Of a DNA stretch of 32,001 nucleotides, positions 7,326-16,055 are shown one piece after another; within the stretch, counting starts at the first letter, position 1; every line of letters starts with the position of its first letter. The translations under genes and the position numbers were made by a program. The stretch comes from a virus (taxonomy: Duplodnaviria > Caudoviricetes): the IMG/VR virus record IMGVR_UViG_3300016672_000047, positions 1 to 32,001 of that record; one strand, 5' to 3'. The notes below the pieces were generated by a model. That model was not told the DNA's origin. It saw only the letters and a program-made list of their open reading frames with translations, and ran no database searches.

Positions 7326-9413
7326 TTAATTTCCTCGGGCTTCTACCATTAAAACAAGTCCCGTTTGGACTACAGCGGCCCACTCTTCCAGTCGGATAGT
7401 AGCGCCGTCCAAGGCAATTGCATTGAAATGCGCCTGACCACCAAACTGTGTACCTGTCGGGAGTTTAAAGCCGATTTTTACGTTTAGAATTTGGTTTGGA
7501 AATTTAAAAGGCCAAGTAACGTTTACAGTTCCAGTCGAAGCAAAGTCGCCGACAACGACATCAATCCACTGCTTAATCTCGCCGGTGTCTGCGTTCTTGC
7601 TCCAACCGTTTGGAGCCAGTAGAGCGGTATCTTTTGGCCGGTCAACCTGCAAATAAACAAATGTCCCGTCAGCGTGTAGGAGGTAAGGCGCAGTCTTAGC
7701 TCCCCCAAAAAAACCGACTGCCTGAGATTGGTCTTTGTTGATTTTCGACGACGGGTCGAAGTTCCCCGCGTCCCACGCCAAGTTCCCCCCAAACGAAGGT
7801 CGTGTAGTCAGGCCTGTAAGGGCGGTAATGCTGCTGTTTACGCCGGTCGTAGCCCCTTCAACCCAGCCACCCCAGACATCAACAACACGCGCACGCCAGA
7901 ACTTCCGGGCGGGAATGCCCCTTGTAACTATCTCCTGGGTCGCCGTCCGATTCCCTGTAGCCAACGAGTAGTTCATATGGAAGAGCATGGATCCAGAGCC
8001 CGCACCCAAAGGCACGTTCAATGTGGCTCCAGCAATAGAGTAAACCCCTGTCGCTTCGATGCTGTTGCAATCACCGCCAGTAACACCGGGTGCGCTTGCT
8101 CCACCCAAACCAAAGTCGGCAACTCGAAGAGCGCGCCCCGCAGTAGTGTCTGACGTTGTGGATGTCGCTGTGAGGGCAGCAGCCGTTCCAAGCTGCGACT
8201 TATCGGCTTTTGAAGACGGGTCAAAGTTGCCGGAGTGATAAACCTCACGCCAGATATAAAGTCCGTCCGCACCTACTCGCCTGAATCCGAAAGTGTCCGC
8301 GCCGCTGGCCATGTGAGCGTAAAGATCGAACGCCAATGGATTTGCGCCGGGATATTTCCACCGCACGTAAAGACCGCCAGTTGTGGGCTTGTCGGTCGTA
8401 GGGCCGGAATAAATCCCGATATCATGCTTTGCAACATCAGCAATTGCCCCAGTAAGAACACCCTGTGGCGTGGACGAGATGGCATCAGTAATGCCTGCCC
8501 CAGCAAGAGTAGTGGGGTTCGTACCAGCAATAACGCGGCCTAGCTTGTCCACCGTCAAGCTGCGGTAAGTGCCAGCGACAATACCCGTGCGCCCGGCAAC
8601 CACTTCAAAGGTCAGCGCAGTGGTGCCAAGTACAATCGGCGCATCTGTCACGAGCTGCCAAACGCTATCGCCGTTTGTAGTACCTTTCTCGACGCTTACG
8701 AACAGCCCCGGTGTCACCTCGACACTGGCGTCAGCATCCTGAGCGCGCTTCCAGGCACCGGCTGCAGGGACAACATAGACACCGTTGTTTTTCGCCTGAG
8801 ACTGGTCTTTCACCAGTACGCGGTCATCTGCAGCAAGCGCCACGCCATCGATAGTCTGTAGGCCACTCAGGACGATGTTCGCAGTGGTGGCCACGAGTAC
8901 CGAATGCTTGAAGTCCTGCTTGTTGAACGCCTCAGTAATCGACAGGTCAACGTATTCGCGGGTCGCCAAAACAATTGCCGGGTCGATCTTCAGCACAATA
9001 TTGCTGATGCTAGAGACAATGAAGTTCATCCGCACAATTTGCGTACGGCCTGAACCCTGATCCAGCGCAGGTTTAAAGCTAGGTGCGCAATTGGAAACTG
9101 CAACCAGGTCACCGTCCGAATCGTACAAGCCGATCTCGCGGATCCACCAACCACCAACGTCTGCCGGAATTACTTGCTCGGCAATGATGACGGCCGCGTT
9201 AACCGGATCAACGCGCAGTTGATTCAACGGCGCACGTCGCTGCTCGTTGATCAGCTTGGTCTGTGTTGCGCTGGGCATAGGGTCAGTGCCATTGGCATCC
9301 CCTACCCCGAGCTGTGTCAGGTTCCAGGGAATCCCCAAGGCATTGGCATTTGCCAACTTCGCGGCCCCCACGTTGGTGAGGATCGCCATAAATTGCGAGT
9401 TGCGATCAATCAT
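7326..9413 (-). CDS. Tail fibre protein (P2 gpH-like N-terminus, mosaic C-terminus)
   Basis: N-terminal ILTNVGAAKLANA...EQVIPADVGGWWIREIGLYD baseplate anchor. The C-terminal region is visibly more AT-rich and ends GWSKNADTGEIKQW...VTWPFKFPN. Confidence 0.93.
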   Translation of the reverse strand: MIDRNSQFMAILTNVGAAKLANANALGIPWNLTQLGVGDANGTDPMPSATQTKLINEQRRAPLNQLRVDPVNAAVIIAEQVIPADVGGWWIREIGLYDSDGDLVAVSNCAPSFKPALDQGSGRTQIVRMNFIVSSISNIVLKIDPAIVLATREYVDLSITEAFNKQDFKHSVLVATTANIVLSGLQTIDGVALAADDRVLVKDQSQAKNNGVYVVPAAGAWKRAQDADASVEVTPGLFVSVEKGTTNGDSVWQLVTDAPIVLGTTALTFEVVAGRTGIVAGTYRSLTVDKLGRVIAGTNPTTLAGAGITDAISSTPQGVLTGAIADVAKHDIGIYSGPTTDKPTTGGLYVRWKYPGANPLAFDLYAHMASGADTFGFRRVGADGLYIWREVYHSGNFDPSSKADKSQLGTAAALTATSTTSDTTAGRALRVADFGLGGASAPGVTGGDCNSIEATGVYSIAGATLNVPLGAGSGSMLFHMNYSLATGNRTATQEIVTRGIPARKFWRARVVDVWGGWVEGATTGVNSSITALTGLTTRPSFGGNLAWDAGNFDPSSKINKDQSQAVGFFGGAKTAPYLLHADGTFVYLQVDRPKDTALLAPNGWSKNADTGEIKQWIDVVVGDFASTGTVNVTWPFKFPNQILNVKIGFKLPTGTQFGGQAHFNAIALDGATIRLEEWAAVVQTGLVLMVEARGN

Positions 9414-10015
9414 GGGTAAACATCCAGAGTGTCTATGCTGTGTTCGCGCCCGACCACACCGATGTACCCGGTGACGTCAATGTCACGCTGCACGGGTGGG
9501 TAGACGTCGATTACGTCGCCCTCATAGAGAGCGACACCGATGTGTATGGCGCCTTGGGTTTCGAGGCTGATAGCCAGTCCGGTCAAGGGGCGGCTGACGG
9601 GCTTGGCGTCGTCGATCAGGTGCTCCAGCTCCAGGTACATCTCTTCGGTGATGCCGGTGTCCAGCACGCCTACCTTCAAGGCGAAGGTGCCGGGAATACC
9701 TTTGGGCGTGGTCTGCCACCACTCAAGCACCTCGATCAGGTAACCGAGCGGTTCCACCACCCGACGCAGGGCGCCAATGGTTCCTTTGTGCGCGTGCACG
9801 TAAAACGCGGAGCGGATGGCCGAACGCTTGACTGCTTCGGACCATTTGTTGTCCCAACGATCCACCGACCACGTCCAGGCCAGCCACGGCAGCAAGTGCG
9901 CCGGGCAGGTGTCCGGGTTGTACAGCGTGCGCAAAGGAATCGCAGTTTTCTCGACTAGCGCGGCCTCAATAGCGCGCTCCAACTGCGTACTGTTTAGCGG
10001 CAGTAAACTGGTCAT
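9410..10015 (-). CDS. Baseplate/tail protein I (P2 gpI-like)
   Basis: MTSLLPLNSTQLERA...CPAHLLPWLAWTWSVDRWD...HAHKGTIGALRRVV. Start trimmed to ATG 10015, overlapping the J stop. Confidence 0.93.
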   Translation of the reverse strand: MTSLLPLNSTQLERAIEAALVEKTAIPLRTLYNPDTCPAHLLPWLAWTWSVDRWDNKWSEAVKRSAIRSAFYVHAHKGTIGALRRVVEPLGYLIEVLEWWQTTPKGIPGTFALKVGVLDTGITEEMYLELEHLIDDAKPVSRPLTGLAISLETQGAIHIGVALYEGDVIDVYPPVQRDIDVTGYIGVVGREHSIDTLDVYP

Positions 10016-10899
10016 GATGTGCCACCAAGAACGACGCTGTAGCCTGTGCAATACGCCGCCTGGGATTTGCTGGGCTTGAGGTCTTTCCAGTTCTTCAGCT
10101 CTACCCGGCCAACACCGCTGATGTGCAACTGGGCGTTGACACCAGATTGAGCAACTTCCAATGCCAAGCGTTTGCGCGGATTGATCCAGACAGCAAGCCG
10201 CCGGGTTGCCTCGGCCAGGGTGGCGTCATTTTCCGGTCCAGCGCCTTGCATGTGCAGTACGGCATCAACCCGATAGTTCAGGATTTCGGCGCTCTGTACG
10301 ATGAGGCGGTCACCCACCGGCCGGACGTTGTCGTCGCTGAGCTTGGCATGCACTGTGTTGAGCAATGATTGATCAGCCAGCCCGCTACCGGTCAGGCTTA
10401 GTACGGTCACTACCACGACAGCGGGTGATGGGCTTTCTGCCGTTGCATCAGCGACCAGCGCCGAAGCGTTGCGTGCATGGAAGATATAGCTGTTACGGGG
10501 GCCTGCTGTAGTCAGCCCTTCGTAGACCAGCTGGATACGCTCACGCAGGGCGTCGTCAGACTCTTTAACTTCTTCGACCGGCGGCACCGCCAACAGGTTG
10601 GCCGGCTGTATCACCAGCCGTTGCAATTTTACGTTGGCCGCGAGCTGATCAAGATCTTCCTTTTCCGCGTAAGCCAACATCAGCGCCTTGGCCGCGTCGT
10701 TGACCCGTGCGCGATTTTGCATCTTGCCGTAGGCGCCCAGCTCGACGAGCTTGACCACCGGGTCGCTTTCCAGCGCGGCGGACCAGTTATCGCCCATGTA
10801 CTCGCGAAAAGCGGCAAGGCCCTCTTCGTACAGCGCCTCGTAGTCCAGCGACTCCAGCACCTGCGGCGCCGGCAACGCCGATAAATCCACCGTGCTCAT
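10012..10899 (-). CDS. Baseplate J-like protein
   Basis: VDLSALPAPQVLE, ESDDALRERIQL, TAGPRNSYIFHA and VRPVGDRL motifs. Confidence 0.95.
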   Translation of the reverse strand: MSTVDLSALPAPQVLESLDYEALYEEGLAAFREYMGDNWSAALESDPVVKLVELGAYGKMQNRARVNDAAKALMLAYAEKEDLDQLAANVKLQRLVIQPANLLAVPPVEEVKESDDALRERIQLVYEGLTTAGPRNSYIFHARNASALVADATAESPSPAVVVVTVLSLTGSGLADQSLLNTVHAKLSDDNVRPVGDRLIVQSAEILNYRVDAVLHMQGAGPENDATLAEATRRLAVWINPRKRLALEVAQSGVNAQLHISGVGRVELKNWKDLKPSKSQAAYCTGYSVVLGGTS

Positions 10900-11222
10900 G
10901 CCGACACCTCCAGCAGTAGGCTTTCGCCCAGGTACTCACCCGTTAACTTGAAGTCGATGCGGCCGCTGACGACGGCAACGACCTGCACCTGTTCCAGCTT
11001 CAGTCGCGGTTCCCAGCGCCCCAGCGAGCGAGCCACCTCGGCCTGCACCGCACTCTTCCAACCGGCGTTAACCGGCAGATCGACAAACCGCCGGATCTGG
11101 CTGCCGTACTCAGGTCGCATCCGTCGACTGCCCACGGGCGTCCCAAGAATGTCCCCAATGGACTGCCGGAGATGGTCGAGACCGGACAGCGGTTTGCCGG
11201 TGTGGCGATCCATTCCGATCAT
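10896..11222 (-). CDS. Baseplate wedge protein W (gp25-like)
   Basis: GMDRHTGK...HLRQSIGDILGTPVGSRRMRPEYGS...RWEPRL. Confidence 0.95.
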   Translation of the reverse strand: MIGMDRHTGKPLSGLDHLRQSIGDILGTPVGSRRMRPEYGSQIRRFVDLPVNAGWKSAVQAEVARSLGRWEPRLKLEQVQVVAVVSGRIDFKLTGEYLGESLLLEVSA

Positions 11223-11227
11223 CGGGA

Positions 11228-11425
11228 TTACTCCTGCAGCAGTTCCAGATCCGGATGCGCCTGCAGCTGCGCGAATTGCTCATCGCTGCTGGCTGTCACA
11301 CGCCCCTTGGCAACCGCTGCAGTACTGCCATCGGCAAAGACCAAGGTGCGAGAGGTGTAAAGCGTGTCGCGGAAAACGCGGCCAGGCCGTGCATCTTCCT
11401 GACCATCGGCTTTGTTCTTGCTCAT
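11228..11425 (-). CDS. Small hypothetical protein between V and W
   Basis: ORF fills the V-W gap and has an AGGAG RBS upstream of ATG 11425. Confidence 0.7.
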   Translation of the reverse strand: MSKNKADGQEDARPGRVFRDTLYTSRTLVFADGSTAAVAKGRVTASSDEQFAQLQAHPDLELLQE

Positions 11426-11434
11426 CAACAAATG

Positions 11435-11466
11435 CTCCTAAAACGAAAAACCCGCACAGGGCGGGT
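11435..11466 (-). terminator. Hairpin + U-tract fused to RBS
   Basis: Minus strand ACCCGC-CCTGT-GCGGGT-TTTTCGTTTTAGGAG, right after the V stop. Confidence 0.6.
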
Positions 11467-11471
11467 CGTAA

Positions 11472-12047
11472 TCAATGTTTGTGGTTCGGCGAGTTACCGC
11501 CGGCATCAATGATCTTGCCGGCACCGTAAATGTCGCCGGTCGTATTCAACTTGCCGTTGATCTGGGTTGCACCGTCGATGGTGACCGCGCCCACCAGGTT
11601 GATCTCGCCCGACACCAAGCGCGTGCTGTCCGGCGTCATCTCAAGCACAGACCCGCCGACCTTTACCGTCACGCTGCCGGCAGGCAGGTCGATGGTGTAG
11701 CTATGGGCCTGCCAGTCGTAGACCAACGAACCACCGTCGTCGAAACGCCACACCTCGACGTGGTCGCGGTTGTCCGGCTGGGCGCCTGCATTGCCGTACA
11801 AGCCAGGGATGAAGGTACCCATCGCCGGCTCACCGCTTGGGCAGATCAACACTCCCTGCTCTTTCAGGCTCGGCACCCTCCAGTGGCGCGCCTTGCCTGC
11901 CGCCTGGCTGTGCCAACGCACCCAGGCGCTGGTCCAGTCACCCGACTGCACACGCACCATGGCGGTGGTCAGATCCACCGCCACCACCACGCAGGGCATC
12001 ACCGTCGAGGCAATCATGCGGTCATGCTGGGCACTGGCGTAGCTCAT
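11472..12047 (-). CDS. Baseplate spike protein V
   Basis: WVRW...AGKARHWRVPSLKEQ, FDDGGSLVYD, and a C-terminal HxH (NHKH) iron-binding tip motif. Confidence 0.94.
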   Translation of the reverse strand: MSYASAQHDRMIASTVMPCVVVAVDLTTAMVRVQSGDWTSAWVRWHSQAAGKARHWRVPSLKEQGVLICPSGEPAMGTFIPGLYGNAGAQPDNRDHVEVWRFDDGGSLVYDWQAHSYTIDLPAGSVTVKVGGSVLEMTPDSTRLVSGEINLVGAVTIDGATQINGKLNTTGDIYGAGKIIDAGGNSPNHKH

Positions 12048-12562
12048 TGCAGATCCTCCGGTTTGATCTGCCTAACCCCCGGTCCAAGGTCGATGACCAA
12101 TGAACCCGGCGGCTCATCCGGCCACGGCCATTCCTCGGCCCCCAGGTAAACCGTCTGGTCCCACTCCACCAGCCAGACGAAGTAGCCATCCAGTTCGGGC
12201 TTGGTCCAGTCTTGTGAGGATCGAACAAACTCGGCGCAGTCGACGACCAAGCCCCAGCTCTGCCCCCGTAGAAGCACCGCAAGCTGAGAGGCCAACTGCA
12301 CGGCCTGCCGTTGCGGATCTGCGCTGATCGAATCAACGATGATCCGCGCCTCGAATTTGCAGGTCAGCGAGGTTTCACCGGTACCGATATCCGGTGCGGG
12401 TTCCATCTCGGCCATTTCCAGCAGCACCACAGGCGTGGGGATGCTGGTGTCAGCCGACAGATCCGGCCAGAACGATGCCCTCTGGATCCCCGGCAATTTC
12501 TCCTGCAGGTGCTGCTCGATGGCCTCATACAGCCTGTCGAGGCTAAAAGATTGATCAGACAC
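12044..12562 (-). CDS. Tail completion/terminator-like protein
   Basis: Position between gpZ and V. Probable GTG start at 12562 overlaps the gpZ stop. Function inferred from synteny. Confidence 0.65.
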   Translation of the reverse strand: MSDQSFSLDRLYEAIEQHLQEKLPGIQRASFWPDLSADTSIPTPVVLLEMAEMEPAPDIGTGETSLTCKFEARIIVDSISADPQRQAVQLASQLAVLLRGQSWGLVVDCAEFVRSSQDWTKPELDGYFVWLVEWDQTVYLGAEEWPWPDEPPGSLVIDLGPGVRQIKPEDLQ

Positions 12563-13211
12563 GGGCGGTCCCCTTGAGGTACTTCTGCAATTCAAAGTTG
12601 AGCTCTTGCTTGAGGATCTCCAGCAAGCGCTCGTCAGCGCGTTTCACCCAGCTGTCGAAGTGCGGTCGCACCTGGTCCAGCGAGACCTTGGCTTTCGCCA
12701 GTGGGAAGCGGTTGTCGCTCTCCGCGATAAAGCCCGAGCTGCGCCGGCCCTGAGTGCTGCCGGGGTAGTCCGAGGCGCTGAAGTGCTTGCTCGACGTGCG
12801 GATCCAGATGTCAGGACTGCTTCCATACACTTGCTTGAAGAACGCTCCCTGATAACGCCGCCCCGCCACCGAGACGCCGGCGCGGGTTTGCCGAGCCTTG
12901 CCGACCCGGCTGGCCTCTATGGCGTTGACCCCAAACCACAACTTGCCGCGCATCGCCCCGCCGCTGACCGGGTAAGCCCGTAGGCGTTGCCGGACGGCGC
13001 CGATTGCGATGCGTTCCTGCTTGCCCACGGCCCTTGCGATATGAGTACGCAGCCAGCCCAGCGTCTTGTTGATTGCACGCCGCTGAGCCGCTGCAGCAGC
13101 CTTGGGCACCAACTGCCCGAACTCGCGCAAGGCCTGGGAATGCACCGCTGACGGCTGAATGTTGATCATCCCGCTGTCGCGCTTGTGCTGAACGTAAGTG
13201 CCGACACTCAT
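12555..13211 (-). CDS. Minor tail protein Z (lambda gpZ-like)
   Basis: Basic protein with AAAQRRAINKTLGWLRT and GRRYQGAF motifs, in the neck-gene position. Confidence 0.8.
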   Translation of the reverse strand: MSVGTYVQHKRDSGMINIQPSAVHSQALREFGQLVPKAAAAAQRRAINKTLGWLRTHIARAVGKQERIAIGAVRQRLRAYPVSGGAMRGKLWFGVNAIEASRVGKARQTRAGVSVAGRRYQGAFFKQVYGSSPDIWIRTSSKHFSASDYPGSTQGRRSSGFIAESDNRFPLAKAKVSLDQVRPHFDSWVKRADERLLEILKQELNFELQKYLKGTARV

Positions 13212-13528
13212 GGACGCTTCCTCAAAATCAGGGCAACCAGGCCATCGCCACCGGGCTCCAGCTGCAGCAGGTCGTAGTCGCCCCCGCCGTCCAGTGTCGG
13301 CAAGTCGATGGTGACCCGCAGGCCCTTGCTCAGGCCGTCCGAATCTTTCACGCGAATCTCAAAGCGAGGCTCGCGTAATCCGGTGTGGACCTTGCCGAAC
13401 TGCGGCGCTTTCCAGGGCGCCGCGAACATGCCTAGCACGGGCTCGGCGCGGCCCTCGATCAGGGCACTGTCGCCCAAGGTGTCGAACACCACATCGTCGA
13501 TGTCGTCGATCAGCTCGCGGAAGGCCAC
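13208..13528 (-). CDS. Head-tail joining protein (gpFII-like)
   Basis: Probable GTG start at 13528, just after the capsid stop. About 106 aa, beta-rich, ending EPGGDGLVALIL. Function inferred from synteny. Confidence 0.7.
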   Translation of the reverse strand: MAFRELIDDIDDVVFDTLGDSALIEGRAEPVLGMFAAPWKAPQFGKVHTGLREPRFEIRVKDSDGLSKGLRVTIDLPTLDGGGDYDLLQLEPGGDGLVALILRKRP

Positions 13529-13530
13529 GG

Positions 13531-14526
13531 TCAGAGTTCCAGCAGGATTTGCGCCCGAGGTCGTGTGCACAGGTGCAGCGGGTTGGACTGGGCTTCACCG
13601 GCCACACCCTTGCCGAACTGCATTGGCTCAATCTTGCTGTAGTACGGGATGCCCTGGGTGTTGACCGTTTCCATGTAGTCGGCCGGCGCGAAGCACGAGA
13701 TGTACAGATCCGGCACGCCCTCAGGGATCAGCAGGGCCTTGTCGTCGTGGACGAAAGCAACACCCGCTACCTTGCCGCGATAACGCTCCCAGACGATCCC
13801 GCCGAACTCGAAGCTTTCACGGGCATCGCCACGCAGAGATGCGGCCTGCATGGTGTTGAGGTAGGTCTCCTTGACCGACTTGTGCACGATGAGCTTGTTC
13901 CAGAAGTTCTTGCCGCACATTGCGCGGGAGCCGCTGTTAGTGACGCTGCCGAGGGCTTCCTCTTGCATGTCCAACGCTTCGCCGCATTTGACCCGCAGCT
14001 CGGTGTCTGGACTGTTCAAGCCCATCTGAAGCTTCTGGCGATTCACGCCGAAGGATTTATAAATGTCCAACAGGACCGTCTTACCATCGGCGTCCAGAAC
14101 CTGGCCGTTCAACGCGCCCATACGCTGGTATTCGTGGGTGGCATCCAACTGGCGGCGCGCTTTCGCCAGGCGCTTATTGACCACGTCCTGCACGGCCTGC
14201 AATTCGGTGCGCGTGCCGAAGGCGCGAATGCCCTGGATCTCGTCGGCCTTGATGGTGAAGCGTTCCGGCAGGTGCACGGTGTTGAACGGAATCAACTGAC
14301 GCTTGGGCGCACCGACCACCATGCCCGAAGTGCCACGCTCACCCGCCGGCACCAGGGCCAGGGTGTCGCCGTCCTTCTCGATCTGTACGGTCAGGGTGCT
14401 GATCCCCTCTTCGCGGAACAGGCCAAGGCTGCTGATACGGCCCGGCAGGTATTCCTGGTCATTGATTGCAGCGGTCAACGAGGAAACGCTGAACGCATCG
14501 TCTTCAAAAATGGCGATCTCGGCCAT
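13531..14526 (-). CDS. Major capsid protein (lambda gpE-like)
   Basis: Start ATG 14526 behind GGAG. FSVSSLTAAIN, FAPADYMETVNTQG and EAQSNPLHLCTRP motifs. Confidence 0.93.
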   Translation of the reverse strand: MAEIAIFEDDAFSVSSLTAAINDQEYLPGRISSLGLFREEGISTLTVQIEKDGDTLALVPAGERGTSGMVVGAPKRQLIPFNTVHLPERFTIKADEIQGIRAFGTRTELQAVQDVVNKRLAKARRQLDATHEYQRMGALNGQVLDADGKTVLLDIYKSFGVNRQKLQMGLNSPDTELRVKCGEALDMQEEALGSVTNSGSRAMCGKNFWNKLIVHKSVKETYLNTMQAASLRGDARESFEFGGIVWERYRGKVAGVAFVHDDKALLIPEGVPDLYISCFAPADYMETVNTQGIPYYSKIEPMQFGKGVAGEAQSNPLHLCTRPRAQILLEL

Positions 14527-14535
14527 GGGGGTACT

Positions 14536-14569
14536 CTCCAGAAACGAAAAATCCCGCACTCGGCGGGAT
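14536..14569 (-). terminator. Hairpin + U-tract fused to the capsid RBS
   Basis: Minus strand ATCCCGC-CGAGT-GCGGGAT-TTTTCGTTTCTGGAG. Confidence 0.6.
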
Positions 14570-14589
14570 GGATAAACAGGGTGAGCGTC

Positions 14590-14928
14590 TTAGCGGACGA
14601 TCACGAAGTGGGTAGCCAGGGCCTTCTCGGCGGCTGGGTCGAGGCCGGTCAAATGCGCTTCGCTGACCTCAGCCAAGCGCACGATGGCACGACCGCGGCG
14701 CGGCACGTCCGATTCGCCCAGCGGCCCGTAGAGGATCGCGATGGCGTTTTCGGTACCGTCTTCGGCGGTTGGCTGATACGGCGCGAACTCACCGGTGAGC
14801 GTGACCAGGCCCAGGATCTGGCCGGGTTCCAGCGCGGCACCGGCAGCGACGTTGATCGCTTCGCGGGAAATATTGCCGGCGCCCTCAGACAGCAGGAACT
14901 CGCCTGCGTGCATCGATTCAATTTTCAT
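14590..14928 (-). CDS. Head decoration protein (lambda gpD-like)
   Basis: FLLSEGAGNISRE...GQILG...DGTENAIAILY. Lies between protease and capsid genes. Confidence 0.88.
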   Translation of the reverse strand: MKIESMHAGEFLLSEGAGNISREAINVAAGAALEPGQILGLVTLTGEFAPYQPTAEDGTENAIAILYGPLGESDVPRRGRAIVRLAEVSEAHLTGLDPAAEKALATHFVIVR

Positions 14929-16055
14929 GCTCTTGCTCCTTTCGAGTTACCGTTCTGTGCCGCCTGACGGCTGGCCCAGATTGATTGGCTGTCGACCTGC
15001 TTGGCCTTGACCGTGGGTGCGGGGTCGTCGTCCAGCGGCAGGCTGTTATTGATTTCAAAGCCACCGCCGCTGCCCACCAGCTTGTCGAACAAGCGCGCGC
15101 GGACTGCGGCTTCATCCAGCCCCGCCGAAACGAACTCACCGGTCAGCTCAGGCAGGCGCGCCGCGACACACAGGCCGTGCAGCGCTTTGGCCTTGGTCAG
15201 CGCGGCCTGGACCACGGCTTCGCTTTCCAGCTTTGTGGTAGCAAGCAATGGCTCCACCAGGTTGCTGATGCCCGCCGCTGCACATCCCTGTGTGACCATA
15301 AGCGCCAGCTTGGCCGCGTCCAACACGGGCGCTGGATCTGGCTCAGACGGTTCGGCTTCGGGCTCTTCCTCAAACTGGGCGAGCAGTTCCGCCGGTGCGT
15401 GCTGGAAACGCTGCAGCACAGCGCCCTGGCCGAGACAGGCTTTGACCTTCAGCCCGTCGCCCACTTCATCGGCCAAGCCCAGTGCCACCGCTTCGTTGGC
15501 CGTGAGCCAGGTCTCTGCGTTGACCATGCGCCGCAGCTCGGCTTCGTCGATGTCCGGCGCCTTGGCTTTGTAGGCCGCGATGATTGCTTCCAGGGTCTGG
15601 TCGAGCGCGTCAGCGACCTTGCGCAAGTCTTCGGCATCGCCCGCCGCGTATGTCCAGGGGTTGTGGATCATCAACATGGCGTTGGCCGCGATCACCACCC
15701 GGTGAGCGCCGCACACCGCGACACTTGCTGCACTCGCCGCCAGGGCGTCGATCCGGCCGGTACAGCGTTCGCCCAGCCGGGACAACGCGTTGTGGATCGC
15801 CAGGCCGTCGAACAACTCGCCGCCGATGCTATTGAACGCGGCGATCACCGGCGACACGCCGTCATCCATGGCGCGCAGATCCTGCACGAACTGATTGGCG
15901 GTGACGCCCCAAGCGCCGATCTCGCCGTACACAAAAATTTCGATGCTGCGCTGCTCGGCTTCGCCGCTGGCCTGAAAGGTGTACCAGCTCTTATCGGCGA
16001 CTTTGACCTGCTTGCCCGCCTTGTCATAAACGCGGGGCTTGGCTTTTTTGCTCAT
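14925..16055 (-). CDS. ClpP-family head maturation protease (with scaffold-like C-terminus)
   Basis: IFVYGEIG, NSIGGELFDG, IDALAASAAS (catalytic Ser), LMIHNPW (His) and ETWLTANEAVALGLAD motifs. Confidence 0.93.
   Translation of the reverse strand: MSKKAKPRVYDKAGKQVKVADKSWYTFQASGEAEQRSIEIFVYGEIGAWGVTANQFVQDLRAMDDGVSPVIAAFNSIGGELFDGLAIHNALSRLGERCTGRIDALAASAASVAVCGAHRVVIAANAMLMIHNPWTYAAGDAEDLRKVADALDQTLEAIIAAYKAKAPDIDEAELRRMVNAETWLTANEAVALGLADEVGDGLKVKACLGQGAVLQRFQHAPAELLAQFEEEPEAEPSEPDPAPVLDAAKLALMVTQGCAAAGISNLVEPLLATTKLESEAVVQAALTKAKALHGLCVAARLPELTGEFVSAGLDEAAVRARLFDKLVGSGGGFEINNSLPLDDDPAPTVKAKQVDSQSIWASRQAAQNGNSKGARA

Noticed and set aside
7326-9413. Diversity-generating retroelement or invertible tail-fibre cassette
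   Set aside because: No RT, no TR/VR pair, no invertase and no inverted second fibre segment were seen in the window.
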